DNA from: Fusibacter sp. 3D3
GTDB lineage: Bacteria > Bacillota > Clostridia > Peptostreptococcales > Acidaminobacteraceae
Reading direction: 5' to 3'
Length of the DNA stretch: 24,000 bases
Assembly: GCF_001748365.1 (NCBI RefSeq)
Contig: NZ_BDHH01000002.1
Span: forward strand, 49,983 to 73,982
Shown: positions 17,377-23,847 of the stretch, piece by piece
How positions within the stretch are numbered: position 1 is the stretch's first letter
Layout of the letters: each line of letters begins with the position of its first letter
Position numbers and translations under genes: made by a program
Notes under the pieces: model-generated
Seen by the model: only the letters and a program-made list of their open reading frames with translations
Databases searched by the model: none
Told to the model about the DNA's origin: nothing

Positions 17377-17425
17377 AAAGGAGCTATTGCTCATCTAATT
17401 TTTTAGATTTGTAACAGCTCCTTTT
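17377..17425 (-). terminator. Intrinsic terminator of the 255/248/140-aa operon
   Basis: Minus strand: GGAGCTGTTAC-AAATCTAA-aaaa-TTAGAT-GAGCAATAGCTCC is a long two-tier hairpin followed by TTTTCTAT. It begins 8 nt after the stop at 17433. Confidence 0.7.
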
Positions 17426-17432
17426 TAGAGTA

Positions 17433-17834
17433 TTACTTTTGGCTAAAGCGATTTTTAATTTCATAAAAGTAATTTTTAATTTCATATATGAAAATAATGA
17501 AAATCATATTGGATGCTACAGTTCTCGTCGTCCAAAATATATCAGGAAAAGGTAAAATTAAATATGAAAATAATAATGTCATCATACTTGGGAAAGACAA
17601 AACCATTAAGAATATTAATTTTACAATAGACTTAAACTTCACATTAACTTGAAAATAAGCAAAAACTACAAATGCTATAGAAAGCCTAACTAATTCATAC
17701 TCTATAACAGCATTTGAATAATTTTTTGAGAGCTCAACAACATAGACACTCATGTATTGAACAATAAAAACAAATAATATGCTACTAAGCAGAAAAGTTA
17801 TCAATGCTCTTTTGTTTTTTACCAATTCCATCAT
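17433..17834 (-). CDS. Polytopic membrane protein, uncharacterised (about four TM helices)
   Basis: The track ORF runs to 17855. I prefer ATG 17834 (MMELVKNKRAL), downstream of GGGTGGG and just after the upstream gene's stop. It has hydrophobic segments throughout, and the C-terminus carries a 21-nt-period duplication (YEIKNYF/YEIKNRF). Confidence 0.6.
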   Translation of the reverse strand: MMELVKNKRALITFLLSSILFVFIVQYMSVYVVELSKNYSNAVIEYELVRLSIAFVVFAYFQVNVKFKSIVKLIFLMVLSFPSMMTLLFSYLILPFPDIFWTTRTVASNMIFIIFIYEIKNYFYEIKNRFSQK

Positions 17835-17838
17835 AATA

Positions 17839-18585
17839 TTAATCCCACCCTGCAAATAAATTAGTAAATGTTACCGAACCATATCCATACGGACTAATAC
17901 TAGCAATAACATACTTAGTTAGTTTTTGATAATTACCAGAACCTGGCATCAATTCTTCATCTGCCATTAAGTACATATCTGCTCCGCTATAAGTTTTGCT
18001 AGTAGAGTCACCTGTTAAACCCGTTGAAGAATTAAATCTTTCTGAAGCATTTATTTGTGTATATAATACTCCGCTATAATAATCTTTTCCAGCACATTTT
18101 CTTGACCAATCAATATAATCGACTTCAGCACCTTCACCATCTGAAAGTGAGTTATCGGTTTGCCATGAAATTTTAAATTTCTCAGGGTTTACATAATAAA
18201 ATACATCATCAATCACTAGTGCTTGCATTGATGAAGATACTGTTACATTCACACCATTAACCCTCTGAGTAATTTCTTTTACTCTTGTAACAGATGTCGG
18301 ACTTGCTGAAGCTGAATACATCATTATTCCTCCTGATGTATTTGGTTTTACTAGTTCATATTCTTTTACAGATATAACCTCAACCTCAATGTTATCATTA
18401 CTTTTTGTATAATTCAATTTTGCATCAGAAGTTTTATCTTCTTCATGAGTAATTACGTAATCGTGTTTTAATAAATTATTTATTGCTTCTGAATGACCTG
18501 TATCACCTGAAGCATATGAATTTTGTCCAATAATTGAAATAATTATTGTGAAAATAAGAATCAATTGTAATGATTTTTTCTTCAT
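17839..18585 (-). CDS. Secreted hypothetical protein, paralogue of the 255-aa protein
   Basis: Track ORF of 248 aa with AGGAGGG upstream. It has a signal peptide (MKKKSLQLILIFTIIISIIGQNSYA). It shares the block FYYVNPEKFKISWQTDNSLSDGEGAEVDY with FYNPNYFKISWTTSDPIYDGDGAVFDS in its neighbour. It is N/S/T/Y-rich. Confidence 0.65.
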   Translation of the reverse strand: MKKKSLQLILIFTIIISIIGQNSYASGDTGHSEAINNLLKHDYVITHEEDKTSDAKLNYTKSNDNIEVEVISVKEYELVKPNTSGGIMMYSASASPTSVTRVKEITQRVNGVNVTVSSSMQALVIDDVFYYVNPEKFKISWQTDNSLSDGEGAEVDYIDWSRKCAGKDYYSGVLYTQINASERFNSSTGLTGDSTSKTYSGADMYLMADEELMPGSGNYQKLTKYVIASISPYGYGSVTFTNLFAGWD

Positions 18586-18595
18586 TTTTCCCTCC

Positions 18596-19363
18596 TTAAT
18601 TGTTTAATCCATTTACCCAACCATAAATCCAATCATAGAAAGTCTCTGTACTATATGCTAACCCATTCGCCCATGTAATACTATATCTACTAACATCTAT
18701 GAGTGTTCCATTTTGAAATGAGTTTGAAAGGTAATAATCACTTACAGAATTGTTTTGGGCATAACCTGATTCTGCTCCATAATATGGATTGTATGAATAT
18801 GATCTGCAATCTTGCTCAATGTATCTCGAATCATCATAGTTTATTCCTTCTGATAGTGTATCATATGTTGCACTATCAAATACTGCACCATCACCATCAT
18901 AAATTGGGTCTGAAGTTGTCCAAGATATTTTGAAATAATTTGGATTATAGAAATAGGTACTTCCAATTAATTTTCTATAAGCATTAAGTTTTAACGTTAT
19001 TGTTACAACGTCACCATTTCTGGTAAAACTTTTCGTTTCATACGTACTCACTAGAGTTCCTGTAGAGGATAAACTCATAACATCTAGATTGTTATCAACG
19101 ACTTCTGTATAAGAACTATGTTCAATTAAAAAAGTCTTATCCGGTGTGTACTTCTTAACAAACTCAGGGTCTTTTCTATAATCATAAAAAATTGTTTCGT
19201 TACTCTTTTTGTCAGATTTTGATACATAATCAGAAATAGCTGAAAGTTCATCATGATATTTGATTCCTTGATTATTTTGAGTGTTCAAATCAGTCGAATC
19301 TGAAGCAAATGCAGGCATCATTGTTGAAAATATGACAAGCATTATAAGAATTATTTTTTTCAT
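18596..19363 (-). CDS. Secreted hypothetical protein, paralogue of the 248-aa protein
   Basis: Track ORF of 255 aa. It has a signal peptide (MKKIILIMLVIFSTMMPAFA), the shared central block noted above, and an aromatic-rich C-terminus (ETFYDWIYGWVNGLNN). Confidence 0.65.
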   Translation of the reverse strand: MKKIILIMLVIFSTMMPAFASDSTDLNTQNNQGIKYHDELSAISDYVSKSDKKSNETIFYDYRKDPEFVKKYTPDKTFLIEHSSYTEVVDNNLDVMSLSSTGTLVSTYETKSFTRNGDVVTITLKLNAYRKLIGSTYFYNPNYFKISWTTSDPIYDGDGAVFDSATYDTLSEGINYDDSRYIEQDCRSYSYNPYYGAESGYAQNNSVSDYYLSNSFQNGTLIDVSRYSITWANGLAYSTETFYDWIYGWVNGLNN

Positions 19364-19493
19364 AACTTTATTTTTCCTTCTCTTTTAAATTTTAAATTCA
19401 CAGTTGATTTGATTTTGTTAGATATTCTACTTATAAATTTGTTTGTAGCACTACTGTTTTTGATTTTGAGGGTTTTAATTTAACTGATTTGTC

Positions 19494-19635
19494 CATGATA
19501 ACGGTGTCACATGATAACGGTGTCAGACACTTTTTTTGGAAGTAACGCTCTTGGTCTTTACATTATCCGTTCATTTTGCTAGATTTGTTCTGTTAAATTA
19601 GGCGTTACTTCCGTTTGGGGTATCCGACACCTTTA
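19494..19635. mobile_element. MITE-like element, copy 3, with a 16-bp tandem duplication of its outer junction
   Basis: CATGATAACGGTGTCA occurs at 19494..19509 and again at 19510..19525. The element core is 19519..19631, and it is more diverged than copies 2 and 4. Its other end abuts the stop codon of the 174-aa ORF (19633..19635). Confidence 0.75.
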
Positions 19636-20112
19636 TTCTATCTCTACTTTTGTCGTTATCTCTAGAAGTTCATCTAATAACTTTGTAATCTTGTCATATT
19701 GAGCCTCGCTGATATTATTGACCTGATAACTTGTAACCAAGTGACTCACTTCAATACTAATTTTATTTAATACGTCATAGAAATAGGGTATATCCTCAGG
19801 CATTAGCGTTCTCATTACCAACTGTCGAGTCACTGAATCAAATTTTTCATAAAGCAAATGAGTTCTATTAGGAAACATGGAAAATACTCTGTAGCTAACA
19901 GCTACATCTAGTTCCAATAGATTGTTTTCAAGCTCACCAATATCCTCTTGGCCATTTCTCAAATAATAACTCGTTGCGACTCTTAATTGTTGGGATAATG
20001 TCTCATAAGAATATGCATAGAGCTTTCTTGCACAGAGACTATACTCCCACAGATGTAAGACAATCAATAAGACAATGACGCCCAATATTTTGAGTGTTTT
20101 GTTTTTCTTCAT
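19633..20112 (-). CDS. Membrane-anchored helical hypothetical protein
   Basis: The track ORF runs to 20157. I prefer ATG 20112 (MKKNKTLKILGVIVLLIVL) with GGAG at 20121..20118. It has an N-terminal TM anchor, and the remainder is predicted helical. Confidence 0.6.
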   Translation of the reverse strand: MKKNKTLKILGVIVLLIVLHLWEYSLCARKLYAYSYETLSQQLRVATSYYLRNGQEDIGELENNLLELDVAVSYRVFSMFPNRTHLLYEKFDSVTRQLVMRTLMPEDIPYFYDVLNKISIEVSHLVTSYQVNNISEAQYDKITKLLDELLEITTKVEIE

Positions 20113-20183
20113 TACGCTCTCCTTTTGTATTTCAGGTAAATAGTACGAACTCAGCATTGTAAAACATCTGTAAGTAAAGTTTA

Positions 20184-21455
20184 TTATGGTGTTACAAGAA
20201 TTGATGAGCCAATACTATGAGTAATCTTGAGATATTTTGTTGTATATATCCCATTATTGGTAACTGCGCTACAATTGAAGCCACCACTAAAATTAGCATA
20301 TTTATATATATTACCGCTAATACTTGCTTGATATGTGAATAGACTTTCTGCTCCAAATCCATTATTACTTTCATACCATGGTGAACTCGAGTTAGCATCT
20401 GTATTCCAGTAAGTTCCCATAGCTTTTTTGAAAACCCAGTCCACCTTATTTGCGAATGGGGATCCAGCTGGATTGCACTTTGTAGAATAAGTCGTGATCG
20501 GTAACGTTAAAAATCTCAATGCACCATTCGATGTAACCAATGGAAGAACCATATTAAAAATTGTTATGTTATTGCTAGGAAGTTGATCAAAGCTCTGCCA
20601 ATAGCTTTGATTTTCTATCGTTAAATAGGATTCTGTTACAGCAACTGAATTAGGAAGAAATGGTGTATTAAATTGACTTGCAAAATAGTTGTTAATATTC
20701 GTCTTATTAGTCCAAGAGCGAATCCACATCTTGGTTGGGTCTCCCGCCTCAGCTTGTGGCGCATGAAAACCTGCCAGATAAACTAGATTTCTATTGTTAC
20801 CAGAAGCCTGTAATTGATAATTTGAAGTTTCAACTACCTGTGCACTTGGAGCAATCATTTTGGATTCATCAATACTATCATGCCTCGAAGTATTGTTGTT
20901 TAAGATATACTTTTCATAAAAAGCATTATTTAATTCAACATCTATTGTCCCGAATGAAAGCATTATTGGATCTTCGCTTGTATCTGTGAGTACTCCGATC
21001 GTCATCGATGAAGCTGCCATTCTTTTGTTTTTTTCATCATAACTCAGATCGAAAATAACTTCTTCTGCTTTACCATTACGGTCATATACGTGTCCAGTAA
21101 AAACACCTTTAGAAAAATCTGCTTCACTAAGTACATCGTATAAGAGAACTTCTCCTGTAGCTTCTACGCTATAGCTTTCTCCATTTATTATAACAGTTCC
21201 TGTTACTTTTGATTCCTCATTTGTACCTTTTTCTAATTTTAGGTCAAACTGTCCTTTCTCACTTCTTGACTGATTTATTGAAGATCCACTTGTACGATCA
21301 ACACCGATACTTGGTTCTGATGACATTTCATCAAGAGTCATTGAAAAGTCAAGTTCTTCGCTTAATTCATTTTTAACGCTTTCAGTTGCCATCGATAAAT
21401 TACTAAATATCAACATTAAAATCAATAACATTGAAATTGTTCTTTTCTTTTTCAT
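20184..21455 (-). CDS. Secreted hypothetical protein (423 aa)
   Basis: Track ORF with GGAGG 6 nt upstream. It has a signal peptide (MKKKRTISMLLILMLIFSNLSMA). It is N/S/T/Y-rich, and I recognise no family. Confidence 0.65.
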   Translation of the reverse strand: MKKKRTISMLLILMLIFSNLSMATESVKNELSEELDFSMTLDEMSSEPSIGVDRTSGSSINQSRSEKGQFDLKLEKGTNEESKVTGTVIINGESYSVEATGEVLLYDVLSEADFSKGVFTGHVYDRNGKAEEVIFDLSYDEKNKRMAASSMTIGVLTDTSEDPIMLSFGTIDVELNNAFYEKYILNNNTSRHDSIDESKMIAPSAQVVETSNYQLQASGNNRNLVYLAGFHAPQAEAGDPTKMWIRSWTNKTNINNYFASQFNTPFLPNSVAVTESYLTIENQSYWQSFDQLPSNNITIFNMVLPLVTSNGALRFLTLPITTYSTKCNPAGSPFANKVDWVFKKAMGTYWNTDANSSSPWYESNNGFGAESLFTYQASISGNIYKYANFSGGFNCSAVTNNGIYTTKYLKITHSIGSSILVTP

Positions 21456-21505
21456 GATTTTCCTCCATTAATAGTGATCGCATAATAATGATCGCACTTT
21501 TTGTT

Positions 21506-21967
21506 TTAATAATACTTAGAGTCACTGATAAATATGGTTTGCTCCATTTCAAAATTTTTATTAACTACTTTCCCAGTTGAAACAAGCCTGTATTCGTATC
21601 CTTTGACTACATAACAGTTTCCTTCTAATTCTAAATTCGACCCGATTGATATATTGGACCATTTCTTCATAGTCACCCAACTACCATTTCTGAGCTGCTG
21701 CAAACAGGCCTCAATTTCGACACTATTTACATTTCGTGAACTCAAATTCGATTTTATCGAAACCTTTCCATTATCTGAAATATCAATCACATTTTGAAAT
21801 ATTGAAATATTCACAAACTTAAGTTGAATACCAGATACTTTTACAATGCCTTCATCAAACATTTCGTCACTTCCTGCATAATTCGGTATCGTGCCGTTAC
21901 TCACTAATACTAATAGTAAAATAGCCCATACCAATCGTTTTTTTAATATTCGATTGATCTCTCTCAC
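21506..21967 (-). CDS. Small exported hypothetical protein (about 120 aa mature, beta-rich)
   Basis: Track ORF of 153 aa with a basic n-region plus hydrophobic core (RILKKRLVWAILLLVLV). The start codon is uncertain because the GTG at 21967 overlaps the GGAGG. It lies directly downstream of an ECF-type promoter. Confidence 0.55.
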   Translation of the reverse strand: MREINRILKKRLVWAILLLVLVSNGTIPNYAGSDEMFDEGIVKVSGIQLKFVNISIFQNVIDISDNGKVSIKSNLSSRNVNSVEIEACLQQLRNGSWVTMKKWSNISIGSNLELEGNCYVVKGYEYRLVSTGKVVNKNFEMEQTIFISDSKYY

Positions 21968-21986
21968 CTCCTTCCATAACCTATAT

Positions 21987-22013
21987 AACGTCTGAAAGGC
22001 GATTTTGTTACAC
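21987..22013 (-). promoter_or_regulatory. ECF sigma-type promoter TGTAAC-N16-CGTTATATA
   Basis: Minus strand: TGTAAC (22013..22008), a 16-nt spacer, then CGTTA (21991..21987) followed by TATA. This compares with the B. subtilis ECF consensus (SigW TGAAAC-N16-CGTATA; SigX tGtAAC-N17-CGaC). It lies in the 61-nt gap between the anti-sigma stop and the 153-aa gene. Confidence 0.55.
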
Positions 22014-22028
22014 TTTATTTTAAAAAAC

Positions 22029-22754
22029 TTATTTCAATTCAATACTTTCAGCAATATTCAAAAACGTCTCTTTGTCTAAAGTCCCTAAAATATAAAATGC
22101 TTTTTTATCGGTTGCCCAGAGCAGTATACTCAGGTCCTCTTTTTTAACAAATATGCCCGCAGCACCATTAATTTCAATATCTTCAATGCTAGCCCCTTCT
22201 GTATCAACTTGTAGATTTGCATCAATTGATGCTTGTGAAAACTCAATCCGATCATTGCTTTCATTTGAGAAGTACATTATTTTTAACGTACCTGAACCTT
22301 TAGCATCTACTAACGCATACCCCTTAGGGATATACTGAGGCTCATAGTACGAATCCCACTGCGCCATAATACTTGAAGCCCCATTGAGATCATTTTCCGT
22401 AAAGTGAATTGCAGTATATTTTTCAGTCACTTCAGTCACTATATTAAAAATTTTCACCCGAAAGGCTTCAACGCTCATCGTTGTTATGGCAATACCCGTG
22501 ACAAATATAAGTAAGAAAACAGCGACACGCTTTGAAAATGTGCTCATCCTTACTCTATCTTTATTGCGTTGTTCTTTTTTTATTTGCTCACTTAAATAGG
22601 CATTAAACCAAGAGTGAAGTTCATCTGGATACGCTGTACAACTCCTCTTTTCATTAAGATCATCAAACACCTTAACGCTATTTTCCACATGATGCTTTCC
22701 AATATAAGCATAATACCCTTCAAGCACCTTCTCATCATCGTGTTCAGATTTCAT
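22029..22754 (-). CDS. Anti-sigma factor, single-pass membrane protein with DUF4367-like extracytoplasmic domain
   Basis: Track ORF of 241 aa. It has a cytoplasmic N-terminus, one TM helix (VAVFLLIFVTGIAITTMSV), and a C-terminus of the form YIPKGY...I.Y.....RIEFSQ........D.EG...E.IEINGA.G.......LLW....AFYILG.L.....L.IAESI. Its start overlaps the sigma gene stop by 11 nt. Confidence 0.75.
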   Translation of the reverse strand: MKSEHDDEKVLEGYYAYIGKHHVENSVKVFDDLNEKRSCTAYPDELHSWFNAYLSEQIKKEQRNKDRVRMSTFSKRVAVFLLIFVTGIAITTMSVEAFRVKIFNIVTEVTEKYTAIHFTENDLNGASSIMAQWDSYYEPQYIPKGYALVDAKGSGTLKIMYFSNESNDRIEFSQASIDANLQVDTEGASIEDIEINGAAGIFVKKEDLSILLWATDKKAFYILGTLDKETFLNIAESIELK

Positions 22755-23328
22755 TTCTACACAGCCCTCCGTATGTATAATCTGTTGATTTTTCTGACAA
22801 CATCAATTTTTTTAAAGTCTTTTTGGCTCTAACCAATCTTACACGTACATTTTCATGTGATATACTTAGTATTTCAGCAATTTCTTGATCATCAAATTCA
22901 TGATAATATTTTAAAGCCAGTATATCCGCGTATTCAGCCTTTATTTCAGCTAGTTTTTCTGAAATTATTTTTGCCTCGCCTAATTTGATTACCATATCCT
23001 CTAAAGGCAAATTCTTCGTATCTTGTAAATCTTCAAATACTTCTGCTTCAACCACTGTATTTCTCTTTCTTTTTCTATAGAGATCAATTGCAGTATTTTT
23101 TACAATCGTGTGTATCAAGAACTTTGTCTTATCTGAATCAACACTGTCGATTCGGTCTATATAATTGACCATTTTCAGAATAGCAGTTTGAACAACGTCT
23201 TGTGATTCGTGACCGTCTTTCAATATTTCATGAGCTATGTAAAACATCTGATTGTGGTATTTGAGATAAAGTTTTTCCAAAGTATCTCTCTCTTCTTTAG
23301 TGTCTAGATGCATTAAAAATATTAACAT
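22744..23328 (-). CDS. ECF-type RNA polymerase sigma-70 family factor
   Basis: Track ORF of 194 aa. Region 2 (QDVVQTAILKMVNYIDRI ... NTAIDLYRKRKR) and region 4 HTH (EIAEILSISHENVRVRLVRAKKTLKKL) are present. It is translationally coupled to the anti-sigma gene. Confidence 0.85.
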   Translation of the reverse strand: MLIFLMHLDTKEERDTLEKLYLKYHNQMFYIAHEILKDGHESQDVVQTAILKMVNYIDRIDSVDSDKTKFLIHTIVKNTAIDLYRKRKRNTVVEAEVFEDLQDTKNLPLEDMVIKLGEAKIISEKLAEIKAEYADILALKYYHEFDDQEIAEILSISHENVRVRLVRAKKTLKKLMLSEKSTDYTYGGLCRNEI

Positions 23329-23428
23329 AAAACCTCTTCTTCCTTTATTTATTTCACAGTTTCACAATTGATTTTCCCACAGGTACTCTTTACAGTCTAA
23401 CATATTTAGGTAAAATTTGAATAGAACT

Positions 23429-23567
23429 TAGATAACGGTGTCATAGATAACGGTGTCAGACACTTTTTGGGGAAGCAACTCCCTTGAGCTTTACTGTATC
23501 CGTTCATTTTGCTACATTTGTTCTGTCAAATTAGGCGTTACTTCCGTTTGGGGTATCCGACACCTTT
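23429..23567. mobile_element. MITE-like element, copy 4, with a 15-bp tandem duplication of its outer junction
   Basis: TAGATAACGGTGTCA occurs at 23429..23443 and again at 23444..23458. The element core is 23452..23564. It lies ~100 nt upstream of the sigma gene start. Confidence 0.8.
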
Positions 23568-23727
23568 TTGGGTTTCTGGTGGTTTACCGTTTACGATTGT
23601 CAAGACTTATAGAAAAGGAGCTATTGCTCATCTAATTTTTTAGATTTGTAACAGCTCCTTTTTAGAGTATTACTTTTGGCTAAAGCGATTTTTAATTTCA
23701 TAAAAGTAATTTTTAATTTCATATATG
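23447..23727. repeat. 281-bp direct repeat, copy b (includes an orphan 3' fragment of a 140-aa-gene homologue at 23670..23727)
   Basis: See 17210..17490: it contains the same MITE, TGGTTTACCGTTTAC relic (23580..23594), terminator hairpin (about 23613..23662) and gene 3' end. Homology stops abruptly at 23727. Confidence 0.85.
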
Positions 23728-23846
23728 GTTAGAGTGTCAAATCTAAAAGCTGAGCAACCTTCTACCTTATGATGTCGTTTACGGGAAATACGCAATACAG
23801 CATATAGTAGAGGGTTCGTGCGAAACTGAATTTTAACACTCTAACT
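23727..23846. other. Conserved noncoding element, copy B, closed by a 10-11 bp inverted repeat
   Basis: GTTAGAGTGT (23728..23737) pairs with ACACTCTAAC (23836..23845). An internal 10-bp helix, AACCTTCTAC (23756..23765) with GTAGAGGGTT (23807..23816), is possible. Its core is homologous to 11866..11952. It exactly fills the gap between the end of the 281-bp repeat and the stop codon of the next anti-sigma gene. Confidence 0.5.
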
Positions 23847-23847
23847 C

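Larger units (their letters stand above)
17210..17490. repeat. 281-bp direct repeat, copy a (MITE + IS66-end relic + terminator + last ~58 nt of the 140-aa gene)
   Basis: It aligns base for base with 23447..23727 at a constant offset of 6237. I found a single mismatch (GATTTAT vs GACTTAT near 17367/23604). Confidence 0.85.

Noticed and set aside
17165-17398. Track ORFs spanning the MITE copies (17165..17398 and 23453..23635).
   Set aside because: They read through terminal inverted repeats and a terminator hairpin of a noncoding repeat. There is no RBS, and the frames are not maintained in copies 1 and 3.
17839-21455. Diversity-generating retroelement (variable secreted proteins with paralogy).
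   Set aside because: There is no reverse transcriptase gene, and no template/variable repeat pair with adenine-specific differences. Similarity between the paralogues is at diverged protein level only.
23727-23846. Integron attC site interpretation of element B (GTTAGAG ... CTCTAAC resembles GTTRRRY / RYYYAAC).
   Set aside because: The orientation is wrong: attC has RYYYAAC at the 5' side and GTTRRRY at the 3' side. The core bases deviate, there is no integron integrase in the window, and the flanking genes are not promoterless cassettes.
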